Of a stretch of 64,000 bases of DNA, positions 51,101 to 64,000 are shown piece after piece. The notes under the pieces were generated by a model. That model did no database searches. It worked only from the letters and a program-made list of their open reading frames with translations, and was not told the DNA's origin. Position numbers and translations under genes: made by a program. How positions within the stretch are numbered: position 1 is the first letter of the stretch; each line of letters starts with the position of its first letter. Source of the stretch: Ptychomitrium polyphyllum (taxonomy: Eukaryota); the NCBI GenBank assembly GCA_973851085.1, contig OZ316776.1:13640001-13704000 (forward strand). The letters run 5' to 3'.

Positions 51101-54100
51101 TCAAAACCAACAACCGTAATTTTCCTTGAGGCACATACACCCGACTTTGTTTGTACTTGAGCAATCCCTTCTCCAACTTAATTTCCTTAAGTTTCTTACC
51201 CTTCTTAAGCTCGCCAAGAAGCCTTTGTGCTTCGAAGTCCTTCATGTACCCCTCTCTTATCTTCCTTTCCAAATTGCCTTCTCTCTTGTACATTACTTGC
51301 AAGACTTGGGTTGTACCCATTGCTTGCAACTCCTCCCGCCTACTTAGATTATCCGGCATTACATTGTCACGTCCCGGCTTGTGGATCAAAGTCACATTCA
51401 TGAATGCCAAGGTGTCGTGCCACCTCAATTGTTTTGCACTCATTTGTGCTTGCGACTCAAAGTACTTCAATGACACGTTGTCTGTGTAGACTTTGGTTTT
51501 ATGTAGGCCCAAGTAGTGCCGCCATGTTTTCAAACAATGCACTACGGCAAAGAGTTCTCTCTCATGCATGGGCTACCTCTTTTGGCACCCATCCAACTTC
51601 TTGCTCTCATAGGCAATTGGCATGCGTTCTTGCATGAGCACTCCGCCAATGGCAAAGTCACTTGCATCCGTGTGGACCTCAAACGGCTTTTCAAACTCGG
51701 AAAACTTCGATACCGGCGGTTGTGACAACTTATCCTTGAGTTCTTGAAAAGCTTGGTGACAAAATCCATCCCATACTTGGCTAGCTCCTTTCTTCAACAA
51801 GTCGGACAAAGGTCTAGAAATTTTGGAGAAGTTGCGTATGAACCTCCTATAATAATTTGCTAGGCCGAGAATTGATCTCAGCCCCTTTTGTGTAGAAGGT
51901 TGTTTCCACTCTCTAATTGCCTTTATCTTCCTTATATCCGGCTTGATTCCATCATCCAACACTATGTGGCCCAAGAACTCAATCTCAAGTTGAGCAAACT
52001 CACTCTTCTCTCCGTTGGCATAAAGCTTGTGGTCCCTAAGTTTTTGAAGCACCACTTTGAGGTGCCTTGCATGTTCTTCCACCGACTTGGAGTACACCAA
52101 GATGTCATCAATGTAGACAATGACAAAGTCATCCATCTTTTCTCGAAAGATGGTATTCATGAGGGTCGTAAACGTCGAAGGAGCATTACACAACCCGAAT
52201 GGCATCACCAAAAATTCATAGGACCCATACCTAGTGCGGCATGCGGTCTTTGGCACGTCTTCATCCGCAATGCGGATTTGATAGTAGCCCAATTTCAAGT
52301 CTATCCGACTAATGTATTTAGCTCCCGCCAATCTATCAAAGAGGTCATCGATCGGAGGCAAAGGATAGTTGTTCTTGATGGTGGCTTTATTCAAGGCTCT
52401 ATAGTCGACACACATGCGGAGCTTGCCATCCTTTTTGTCCACAAAGAGGACCGGTGCTCCATATGGTGACTTACTTGGCCTAACATAGCCTCTTTCCAAT
52501 AAGTCATTCAAATGCTTCTTCAACTCTTTTAGCTGTTTTAGATTCAACCGGTATAGAGCCTTTGAAGGGGGCTCCGTTCCCGGTATCACTTCAATTTTGT
52601 GATCCACTTTGCTTCTTGGCGGTAACTCTTTGAGCAGCTCATTGGTGAGCACATCCTTGTAACCACTTAGTACATTTTGAATGCACTTGGAAATAGTCCT
52701 AATCTCCTTGGCACTTGGCCTATTCCCCTCTTCTTGCTCCATTCGCATCATAACCACAAATTGGTTATTCACTAATTGTTCTAAGGAGACTAAATTCAAC
52801 TTGCCTCCCGCAACCATAGGAGTCCGAGTCAACTTCAATATTGCCTCCTTCCCACCACGGCACACTACTAACCGTGTTGGCTTTTGCTTCACATCCACCA
52901 CATGAGTTTTGAAAATGGTATCACTTAAAATGAGGTCTACCTCATCCATCTCACATAGTGTAAAACTTTCCTTCAACTCCAATGTTCCACTGCTTAAGGC
53001 CACATCCAACACCACCTCCTTCGTCTTGTATGGTTTGCCTTTTGCAAATCGCACGTTGATGGGCTTGCTAGCTTTTTGAGCCCACAAGCCCAACACCCTT
53101 GCTAGCTTGGGACTCATGAAGGAATGCGTTGCCCCTGTGTTAATCAAACATGAGACATTTTTGCCATTTATTTGGGCCTCAAGGTATAAGAGACTCAACC
53201 TTGGCTTAAGGCTAGTAGCCTTGGCCATAAATCCACCTTCTAAAATGTGATCCACAACACAAGTGTGACAAGCTTTGATACTCACTTTTTTATTGGGGCA
53301 CTCCGCAATGAAGTGGCCAATCTTACCACACCCGTGGCAACGCTTGTGCTTCACCTCAGCACTCTTATCTCCCGATTTGAATGGTTTTCTTTCATGATGG
53401 TCCACTTTGTTGTAGGCCCTTCCATCTACTTGTCCCTTGTATTTGTTTCCAAAGCCGAATTTCTTGCGTTCTCCGCCGCGAGGTACGTTTCGGCTCAATC
53501 CACTTTGTTAAGAGGGACCACTTGATTTTCTTTCGGGACCGTCAGCTTCATTTCTATCCACAATCTTAATGATTCCCGCCACGTCCTTTGGAAGCTTTGG
53601 AAATTTGAACAAGGCGCCACCTACTTTTGAAGCCCACCCAAATAGATGCATTTCTTTGAAAACTCATCCATTTTGAATGTGGCATTCATTTGGGCATTGA
53701 AATCTTGCACATAAGTCTTGAGCAATCTGGTGTGCCTCATTTGCATCAAGTTCATGCCCTCCCTCAACTCTTGGTATTCCGAAGTGAAGCATTCACTCAA
53801 AATCTCTTTAAAATTGACCCAAGACAAAGTCGCCACCAACTCCGGCTCTTGTTCCTTTTTACTTGTCCACCATTGAAGAGCATGGTCTTTCAAAAAGGTC
53901 ACCGCAATTGAAACTTTGTCCACCTCCTCCGGCTTTTGAACATCATAATAGTTGTCCATTTCCAAAAGAACTCCTTCACCTTCCTCGCTTTACCTAGCCC
54001 AGAAAAAGTGCTTGGCATGTTCACCTTGGCCAACGTCTTGGTCGAAGATGAGGACCTGCAACCTTGTGCCATCAAGTACTCAATCCACCTCTCTTGATGG

Positions 54101-55619
54101 GTCCTTTCTTCTTTGCCACGCTTGAGTTCTTGGTTCATACCGTCCATGAACTCTAGCATTTTCATACGAATACTCAAGTCAGGGTCTTGACTTTCTAGGC
54201 CCACAAGTGGCTCAGGAAGTCCAGCTCCTGAATACTCTCCACCCTCTAACGCTTCATCTTGTTGAGTTTCCTCAACTTCCTCCGTGACTCCAATGTCATT
54301 TCCTTGTTCATTGGAATCAAAAGATGGAACCTCATTAATCGGATTGGGATCTTTGTTCAGCCTCGTGCGTACTCGTTTAGAGGAGCCGGCTCACCGAAAT
54401 CACCGGCCTTCTTCGTACCTATAGCCTCCTTGCAACGTAGCACTTAGATACTCAAAGCCTCCTCTGATACCAAATGTCGCAACCTTTGTAATGCAACTTA
54501 GCTAGCGTTACGCACGTCAACCCTGTACACCTCTACATGCACATGGTTAACCCCCATTTTTACTTTCCAAGACTCTCTATTATTTCTCTTTAGACACCCA
54601 ATTTATTAGTAGCCAATGGTTAGGTGCGGACTTCCATTCATGTCCAAGGCCTCTTTGGTGTTACTTCCATTCCACACGGCCTAACCGCACTTAGTGGTGT
54701 CTCCTCACCTCCACTCATGATGCCCATGTGATCCTAAGATCACCCCGGGCCATCATGGTGCCGGTGTGAAGACACCACCCCAACTTAGTGGTAACAAGCG
54801 TACCCTTTTGAACGTGCTAGTTCCCTTCGTGAAACCAGCCGTCCACCGGCTCACAATGGTGTGGGAGTCCCCGTGGTGAAGCCCCAACACTAGCTCCACC
54901 AACCGGGACTCACCCTTGGTCTCTACCGGGACACTAGGGGAGTGGGGAGGGGGACCAATCCTCCCTTATAGTACTCTCTGTGGGATTTGGCAGGCCCCCT
55001 GGCCCTCTGTAGCTGGCTGAACCCCGACACACCTAGAGTTTTGGAAGACCACCCGATCTTCCTTGGGACTTAGCCGCTGGAAGCCTCCGGGACTCCCAGC
55101 AGACCTTCAGGGAGCCATACCTTCCTCATCCGGTGCCCGAATGTATCAAGCAACCACTCTATCGTCATCTACTCTTTGCGTAGATGCCGATAGACTCCTC
55201 AAACGTCCGATTTGAGTTAGTATTATGGGAGATACGCCTCTCCCAAGGTTCGGAACTCCCGGGGAGTCCCTCCCTGGACTGTCCCACTCCGGTCCAGTCA
55301 CTGTGTGGGGCTGCCACACTCCAAAACAGCCCCTTGGCAACCCCAACTTTGGAATGCCATAACTTTTAGCTCCCTTGTCCGATTTAGACAATCTTTAGCA
55401 TTCTAGAATCAGCTCTTCGTGATTCTTCCAATGCCAGCCATGTATCCCTCATGGCCCTTGGTCTACATGGGCAAGGATGTTTCTCCCCCTTAGGGGTCCT
55501 TCCCACGCTAGGCCCACTCGGTTTCCCTCACTATCGGCGCCACAAGTCCCGGACGTCACTTCGCGGTCCCCCTTGTGCCCTTAGTGTTGCGGGCACTCCT
55601 CAAGGAGAGGTGCGCAACA
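48148..55619 (-). mobile_element. Family B chromovirus with two LTRs (48148-49292, 54475-55619), no TSD
   Basis: iMet PBS at 54462-54472; ORF 51573-53498 mirrors 31328-33253; GPF motif and chromodomain (EYKVEGILK...YLVKWREY) at 50070-50460. Flanks TCCAA and CAAAC differ. Confidence 0.93.
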
Positions 55620-55956
55620 CAAACGCTCCTCTTTTAGTGATATACACGATTTTGTAGTGGTCAACCAGGTGGATTTTATTCTAATTATATCTTGAAAAGC
55701 CATCAAAAAATGAGTACATTGCATGCCCAGCTATTGTATCTAAAACATTATTGATAAATGGCAAGGGACAAAGGTCTTTTTTTGTGGCGGCATTGAGTCG
55801 GCAAAAATTGACGTAAATGCATAGTTTTTCATTTTTCTTGGAGACAATGACAATGGAAGCCAGGAAGTTTTAGCTATTGGAGAAATAAAACTTGTTGTTA
55901 TGAAGCAATCTAGGTTGTTTTTTATGGCCTTAACATAGTTGAAATTTATTTGGTAT
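55620..55956 (-). mobile_element. Mirror copy of the old Gypsy RT remnant
   Basis: Reverse complement of 28870-29206. Confidence 0.8.
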
Positions 55957-57626
55957 CAAACTTGGTGAGAGAGAGAAATGGTAGTGTTAAAGTCAATACA
56001 ATGTTGGGCAATATGGGCTGGTATCCTTATTAAATTTGTGTAAGTCCATGCAAAGACATTGTGAACTAAAATATGGTCTCACTAATTGAAAAAATTCCAA
56101 GCTCACATTATTTTTTTTGCATTGAGATGTGTTAAGCATTTTGTAGTATTTACAATGAATTTCTAGCTTATTTAACTTTTAGTGAGCAAGTTTAATATTT
56201 GATATTTGTTGTAGCCTAATTAGAGATGTTTAGTTTCATTTATCTTATATAACTAAGTAGCTAGTAATTACTATGAGTAGTGGTCACAAAACGTGAACTA
56301 AAATAAGTTCCCACTAATCAGAAGACTTACTAATTTATACACTCTATTAATAATACTTAACAAAAATTTAATTGCATTATAGTCCAATTTGGTTGTATTT
56401 TCCAACGAGGTTTCGCTTTGTGGCAGATTGCCAGTGGCAGGGTCCACCTAAATTTGGGCACTCCAGCTAAGTTTGCCTGCTAATTTTTGCTCTTGTTATG
56501 CTTTCTAAACGCGGGCTGTTGCTGCTGTTGGTCATCTTCCAAGCTGTTGTTGATAGCTTGCTATTTGGAACCTTGGTGTGCAACCAAACTTAAATCTACC
56601 ACAGCTCTGCAAGGATGGGTCTTCACAGAATCAAGCACATGCATGTTGTTATTTTCAGTGTTGTTTCTTGATTGCCTTTGATTTGGTGTCCCTTCGTTTG
56701 TTGCGGTTCCCAGTATGGCCCACTGGCACTATCTACTATGCTGTCCTTCTCGCAGCTCACGCCTTGGCCAACTTCTGTTCTTCACACCGGTTCTAAAAGC
56801 TGATCCCAGCTTAGTTGCCTAGCTATTTGCTATTCCCTTTCCCAAAGTCTTTATAACTACTACTGTCAGAATTCCGGCTTGCCAATTCATTGCTGAGTTG
56901 TGCTCATCTTTGTACTTGAGACTCAAACAGAACTATCACAAGCTCAAGCTGCCTACACCACTTGGTTCCCCTCTCTACTCTTGCCTTTGATAGCTATTAC
57001 GTGGCTCTGTCACAAAATCTCCACTCGACCTGTTCTACCAGCCACTTGGTTGCTAATGCATATTAATTCTTGATATTTACTCCTGTCACAAACATAGATC
57101 ATGTAACATAGTTCTTAGAACATTCTAGAATCTTCTAGTATACTATAATAGCTTCTTAGAATACTTTTAAATGTCTCCATAACCATTTCATGTTCTTAGG
57201 AAGCTTCCTAGGAAGATTCCACCATCTTAAAAAACTTCCTAGCAAAGTTCCACCACCTTACGAAACTTCTTAAGAAGGTTCCACTACCTTAGGAAACTTC
57301 CAAGGAAGGTTCCAACTCCTTAGAAGCTTCTTGGGAAGATTCCAACATCTTAGGAAACTTCTTAGGAAGGTTCCCTAAACTTCCAAAACATTCTTAAGCC
57401 TTGTAGGAAGCTTCTTTAGAAGTATGCTAGGAGATACAAACGTCATAGTATAAATAGGAGGCAAGACAAGGTATTCCTTAGTCTTGCTAACACAAGTTGT
57501 GGATCATCTTGAATCCTACCTTGTTCTAGTCTTTGTATCAAGTTCTTGTTAAGCATTAGCTCTTTGGAAGCTAATTCTTTGGGAAACACTTCGTTTCTGC
57601 TTCTTGTTTCTTGTGTCCTTAATAGT

Positions 57627-57638
57627 TTGGCAAGACTA
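57627..57638 (+). promoter_or_regulatory. Non-tRNA primer-binding site of family A, complementary to the LTR R-region start
   Basis: TTGGCAAGACTA just after the LTR end pairs with TAGTCTTGC(T/C)AA at 57479-57490, about 30 nt after TATAAATA (57449-57456). Confidence 0.75.
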
Positions 57639-58853
57639 CTCTTCATCTTTGTCAGAGCTAAGGTTCTTTGAAGAAGATTGTGGATTACCCATCTTCTTTA
57701 GAATTCCATAGCGTCTTAAAGGTTGCGGATTATCCTCCTCTAAGCTGGCACCATAGAGTTGGTTTCTCCTTCTAGAACCAAGTACTACTTCTTTCAAAGG
57801 ACGTGGATTATCCTCTTTTGAAGGTACTCATAGTCTTCTTGTCTTTGATAATCTTAAGAAATTGATAACGTGCCTGGAACATCAGAGAATAGGTTTGCAA
57901 CTATTACAGACCTTCAAGAATTATTAAACACAGTTCAAACGGAACTCGCCCGCTTTAACACCACCAACAATTTAGAACAACACACTTGGCAAGCTGAAGA
58001 ATCCAATGGTGATATTCAAAGCCTATATCAAGAAGTTGTTTGACTGCAAGAGGCCAATATTAAAAGAAAAGGCTTATGTTGAATCCATGCAGAGCCAAAG
58101 ATTAACATGCCAGACAAGTTCGATGGATCAAGATCAAAATTAAGAGGCTTTGTTCAACAAGTAAGGCTCTTCTTTAGTTTGCATCAATCTCGCTATCTTG
58201 ATGGCACAACTCAAATGGGATTTGTGGCCACCTTTTTATCAAAACAATGCCCTATTGTAATTTGCACCATTAATGGAGAAGCATTCATCATTATTGAACA
58301 ACTTAGATGCTTTCATAGAAGCATTAACATCTACTTTTGGAGAGACCGATTGGGAGAGGTTGGCTGAGACAAGGATCCAAAGTCTACAACAAGGACAACG
58401 CTCAGCTGCTACATATGCTGCAGAGTTTTGACAACTAGCTTGCGACCTTGATTGGAATGATAAGGCCTTGGTCACACGATTTCGATGGGGCTTAAGAGAA
58501 AATGTGAAGGACTTGCTATTCACAATGCTAAGAGTTGAAATATTAGACGAATTCATCACTCAAGCAATAGCATGTGGCAATAGACTATTTGAGAGGCGCC
58601 AAGAACAACGCTTGGGATGGCGACCAGTACATCAAAGCATGGCTACCACTTCTTCAAGAATATTAGAAAGCCGAACACAAGGACCAATACCTATGCAAAT
58701 TGATGCTGCCCAGTTTAGACGTTTGACTCCAAGAGAATAAAAAAGGCGTCAAAAAAAAAACCTATGTTTGTATTGTGACAAGTCTAGACATAAAGTGCAC
58801 AATTGCCAAATTAAAGGATCTATCTTTAAGGCTCAAAGCACAATGGTGGAGTT

Positions 58854-58951
58854 GGAAAACAAGGCTATCCAGTCACAGTAGGGACCATGCGACTGGACAC
58901 CACAAGAAAACGACCATCAAATCAAAGTCTCTTACTACCTTCAAGCCCTAC
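58854..58951 (+). promoter_or_regulatory. Putative -1 ribosomal frameshift signal (gag-pol) of family A
   Basis: G GAA AAC heptamer, 7-nt spacer, TCCAGTC/GACTGGA stem; pol is in the -1 frame relative to gag. Confidence 0.7.
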
Positions 58952-59413
58952 CTCTTGTTTTATATTTTCTATCAAAATTAAATTATTAGAAGATGAAATA
59001 GTTAGTGAGGCTCTATTAGACACTGGTGCAACGGCATATTTCATAGACAAGGATTTTGCAACCAAACATCACATGGTGCTTGTGAACAAAAAATATCCCG
59101 CACCTGTTGAAGTTATTGATAGATAATCTCTTACGTCTGGCAATGTTATTGAAGAAACTCAATCCTTGGAGGTTGTTTTAGAGAATCAGGCATCTAAAAT
59201 TGTCTTCAACATCATTCAATGCCAAACAAATCCTATTGTCTAAGGCCTTCCTTGGTTTGAATTACATAATCCAGACATTGGATAGCGCTCACAAAGTGTG
59301 GTCTCAAGCAAAGGACGTTAAGGTAGGAGAAATCTTGGACCATCATTTACTGAAGCTAAGGCATTTATAAGTGCGGAAAATGATGAACCAATTTATGCCA
59401 TTTATGCCACATC

Positions 59414-60577
59414 TGTTGCAACCTTTATAATGCACCTTAACAAACGTCATGCACGTTAACCTTGTACACCTCCACATGCACATGATTAACCCCCATTTTC
59501 ACTCTCCAAGTCTTAAGCTTGGTTTTCAATTTCCCTTACCATTTCTCTTAGGACGCCCAATTGATTGGTAGCCAATCGTTAGGTGCGGACTTTTATTCAT
59601 GTCCAAGGCCTCACTTGGTGTTACTTCCATTCCACACGGCCTAACTGCACTTAGTGGTGTCTCCTCACCTCCACTCATGATCCCATGTGATCCTAAGATC
59701 AACCCAAGCCATCATGGTGCCGGCGTGAAGATACCACCCCAATTTAGTGGTAACAAGCGTGCCCTTTTTATCTTACTAGTTCCCTTCGTAAAACCAGTCA
59801 TCCTCAAGCTCACAATAGTATGGGAGTCCCCGTGGTGAAACTCCAATACTAGCTCCAACAATTAGAACTCACACTTGATTCCTACCAAGACACTAAGGAA
59901 GTGGGGAGGAGGACCAACCCTCCCCTATAGTACTCTTTGTGGGATTTGGTAGGCCCTCTAGCCCTCTATAGCTAGCTAAACCTCGATACACCAAAACTTT
60001 TGGAAGACCACCCGATCTTCCTTGGGACTTAGCCGCTGGTAGCCTCCGGGACTTCCTGCGGACCTTTAGGGAGCCTTATCTTCCACGTTTGGTGTCCGAA
60101 TCTATTGAGCGACCACTCTATCGTCATTTACTCTTTGCGTAGATGCCGATAAACTCCTCAAATGTTCAATTTGACTTAGTATTCTGGGAGATATGCCTCT
60201 CCTACGGTTCGGAACTCCTGGGGAGTCCCTCCCTATACTGTCCCAGTCTAGTACAGTCACTGTCTAGGACTGCCACAGTCTAGAACAGCCCCTTGGTAGC
60301 CCCAACTTTGGGATGCCATATATTTTAGCTCCCTGGTCCGATTTGAGTAATCTTTAGCATTCTAGACTCAACTCGTCATGAGTATTCTAATGCCTACAAT
60401 TTATCCCTCGTGGCCCTCGAACTACGTGGGTAAGGATGTTTCTCCCCCTCGGGATCCTTCCCACGCTAGGCCTACTTAGCCACTTTACTATCGGCGCCAC
60501 AAGTCCCAGACGTCACTCCGGATTCCCCCCTTGTGTCCTTAATATTGCGGGCACTCCTCAACAAGAGCTGTGCGAGA
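59414..60577 (-). mobile_element. Mirror copy of the family B solo LTR
   Basis: Reverse complement of 24249-25412. Confidence 0.88.
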
Positions 60578-63315
60578 AGACCAATGTCCAGCTGTATAAT
60601 AGAAACTAATAAAAATATACCTCGTTAATATTAAGATTATAAAGACGTTTTTGAAAAGAAGAATGCAAACATGTTATCAAAGCTCCGGCCTTACGACTGT
60701 AATATTGAGTTGCAAGAAGGAGTCCAACCACCTTTTGAACCTATGTATAACTTATCACAAACCGAGTTGACTGCCTTGAGAGAATATATTAATGAAAACC
60801 TAGAAAAGGGTTTCATTCAACACTCTAAATCACCGGCTAGAGCACCCATTCTATTTGTAAAGAAGAAAGATGGATCATTACATATGTGCGTGGCCTATCG
60901 AGGCCTCAATAAAGTGACCAAGAAGAATCACTATCCATTACCATTAATCTCAGGACTCCTACAACAACTTGGCCAAGCAAAAATATTCACCAAAATTGAT
61001 CTTAGAGGAGCCTACAATCTTGTACGCATCAAAAAAGGAGACGAATGGAAGACAGCTTTTTGATCTAGGTATGGTCATTTTGAATACAATGTCATGCCTT
61101 TTGACCTTACTAATGCTCCCGCAGTCTTCCAACATATGATGAATGATATCTTCCATGAACATTTGGACAATTTTGTAGTCATCTACTTAGATGATATTTT
61201 GATATATTTAAAGGATGAACAAGACCACGAATGTCATGTGCGACTGGTCTTAGAAAAGCTACGCCAACAAGGATTATATGCCAAATTGGAGAAGTGCCTT
61301 TTCCATGAATCCTCGATTGAAATTTTAGGCTACATCATTTCCAAAGGAGGAATCCATATGGATAAGAAAAAAATAAGCATTGTCAAAGAGTGGAGTACGC
61401 TAAGATCAATTCAAGATGTTTAATGCTTCTTGGAATTTGCAAACTTCTACGGGATATTCATCAAGGATTATTCCAAGATTGCGACACCATTAACACGTCT
61501 TATGGGGAAGAAAAAATTCATTTGGAATGAAGAAGCGGAAAAAGCATTTCAAAGCCTTAAGAAGTCATTCACGTCGGCTCCAATTCTTATTCATCCAAAT
61601 CCATCAAAGCCTTTTTATTTGGAAGCGGATGCATCAAATTTTGTGCTTGACTTAGTACTCTCACAATACGATGAAGACGGGAGACTTCATCCTCTTGCTT
61701 TTTGTTTAAGGAAGTTCTCAGCAGCAGAGATCAATTATGATATACATGATAAAGAACTACTTGCAATTGTAAATGCGTTTGAGGAATGGCAACACTTGTT
61801 GGAAGGAGCTCAACATACCATCACAATATATACAGACCACAAGAACTTGGAGTATTTTATGAGTGTGCATGTTTTGAATTGCCGTCAAGCAAGGTGGAAT
61901 ATGTCGCTTTTCAGATTTGACTTTGTCATTACCTATCAACCTAGTAGCTTATAAGGAAAGCCAGATGCCTTATCTCAAAGATCTTATTTAGCTCCTCAAC
62001 CTGGAGATGGTGTTTTGGATCAATAAAGGACTATTTTATTGAAGCCAGAGAATTTTCAATTGAAAGCAGCGATTATTATGACAACATCCCATCTTGATGA
62101 AATTTGGAAGGCTTTAAAGAATGATGTCTTTGTCTCAAATATAAAAAAGCGCCTGAAAGACAATGGAGGTCCTTCAAATAGCGATGAAGACTTTGAATTC
62201 TAAGAGGGCCTGTTTTATTATAAAGGACTTTTGTACCTACCTCCAGGCCTTTTGCGGTTGAAGATCCTTCAAGCACGTCATGATTTTTCAACAACAGGAT
62301 ATTTTGGATTCAATAAAACAATGGAATTGATTGCTAAAGACTATTGGTGGTCACAAATGTGGAAGTACGTAAAGGACTTTGTTTAATCATGCGACACTTG
62401 TGCAAGAACCAAGGTACCAAGACACCAACTTCATGGTCTCTTCCATCCGCTTCCAATGCCAAAGGGTCCATGGCTGTCTTTGTCAATGGATTTTATCACG
62501 GACCTTCCAAACTCCGATTCTAAGAATTCTATTTTGGTAGTGGTATATCAATTTTCCAAAATGGCACATTTTATTCCATGCAATAAGACGGTAATGGGAG
62601 AAGAAACTGCCAAGTTGTTCTTAAATCACGTCTACTGTATACATGGACTACCAAATGATATTATATCCGATTGAAGGCTGCAGTTCATTTCCAACTTTTG
62701 GAGGGCTCTATTCCAGCTATTGCATGTAAAGATCAACCTTCTTTCAACATACCATCCGCAAACTGATGGTCAAACCAAACATGTGAATCAAATTTTGGAG
62801 CAATACCTTTGTTGTAGCATAAACTACCAACAAGACAACTAGATGGACCTCTTGCCTTTGGCAGAATTTGCTTACAATAATACGATGCATTCTTCAAGAA
62901 CTGAAAGTCCATTCTTTGCAAACTATGGCCATCATCCTCAAGCAGATCCATTTCAAATGAAGCATGTTGGAAGTCCTGCAGCAAAGGATTTTGCAATTCA
63001 ACTTGCTAAAATCCATCAAGAAATTACCTTTTAGTTACAACAAGCTCAAGATCGTTACAAAATTCATGCAAATTGCCAGCAAAAGGACCATCCAAAGTTC
63101 AAAGTTGGAAATAGCATATGGCTCTTGCGACGAAATATTCAAACAAAAAGACCATCAAAAAAGTTGGATTATCAAAGGTTGGGCCCGTTTGAAATCAGCA
63201 AACAGATAAATCCGGTTAGTTATCGCCTAAAGCATGCAAATTCATCTAGTATTCCACGAATTATTGTTGGAAACCTATAACAAATCATGTATACCAGAGA
63301 GAATCGTCCCTCCGC

Positions 63316-64000
63316 TGTCGTGGTGAAAGTGGTAGCTATAGAAAACACAAGGTTTTTTTTAGCATCTAATTGATCAAGGTCAAGATGCATGAAGAGTTTC
63401 TATTTCTAACACCTAATGAAGCAAACACCTTAACCCAAATTTTCTCTCTACGCTGCCTTGAAAATTCCAAATGCTAAATATGTTGTAACTTCTAGCAAAC
63501 TAATCCAAAGCACCTAAAATTTCAACAAAACCTTCTTGAAACATTCATTAGGCTATATGTAAATTTTGGTTGCCAAATCCTTAGTACCCTTTAAGATCCA
63601 TAACTTCAAAGTTTACATTCTTCATTATTACAGCTCCTATACTTCTATCACTTTACCACTTCATAACTCTTCTTTTATGATAAATTCAAATTTTGAATTC
63701 TGTGTACATGATACATATCTTATAATAAACACCTTGTAAAAATATCAACTTTAGAAAATCCTTCTATCATTTATAATGACCCAAATTGTACAACCCCAAA
63801 CTCTACTGTACACTGTCTTTTATGTCCCGGTTGCATTTGTCTTTGTGTCTTTTGCTCAAGAAGTCCAATGCTCACCAAATTTTGACACCATCTTTTCAAA
63901 GTAATCAAAACCTTTTTCTAAAAATTTCACTTATAAAAAACGTTTCCACAAGAAGTTACAAACATTCAAACTAGCTGCCCTCAAAAACTCAAGGCAGCTA
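63316..64000. mobile_element. Mirror copy of the family C solo LTR (runs off window)
   Basis: Starts CCGC|TGTCGTGGTG; reverse complement of 20826-21510. Confidence 0.85.

Larger units (their letters stand above)
57084..63315 (+). mobile_element. Mirror copy of the family A chromovirus (5' LTR 57084-57624, gag-pol)
   Basis: Reverse complement of 21511-27742, with the same ORF fragments and nearly all the same stops. Confidence 0.92.
50490..64000 (-). repeat. Right arm of large inverted duplication (extends beyond window)
   Basis: Reverse complement of 20826-34336; homology ends after GTTACAATGCG at 34336/50490. Confidence 0.97.

Noticed and set aside
16301..64000. Assigning published family names (RLG1, RLC5, etc.) or a centromeric location
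   Set aside because: Cannot be verified without a library search, so families are labelled A/B/C only.

Overview
Eukaryotic nuclear DNA from a land plant. Gene and transposon content resemble a moss such as Physcomitrium patens (recalled similarity, not searched). The first ~15 kb is a gene island with three genes: the 3' part of an intron-rich ERECTA-family LRR receptor kinase (+), a heavily disabled PLS-E-DYW PPR RNA-editing-factor pseudogene (-), and a divergently oriented THUMP-like gene (+). From ~16.3 kb onward the window is nested, decayed LTR retrotransposons: a Tcn1/Tf1-like chromovirus (family A), an iMet-primed chromovirus (family B), a 1.5-kb solo LTR (family C), an old non-chromoviral Gypsy pol remnant and a Ty1/copia. 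A near-identical inverted duplication of at least 13.5 kb spans 20826-34336 and 50490-64000. The most informative hidden signals are in family A: a tRNA-independent self-priming PBS with covarying bases, three repeated leader hairpins, a -1 frameshift signal with a possible pseudoknot, and heat-shock elements in the LTR. All alignments were done by eye.
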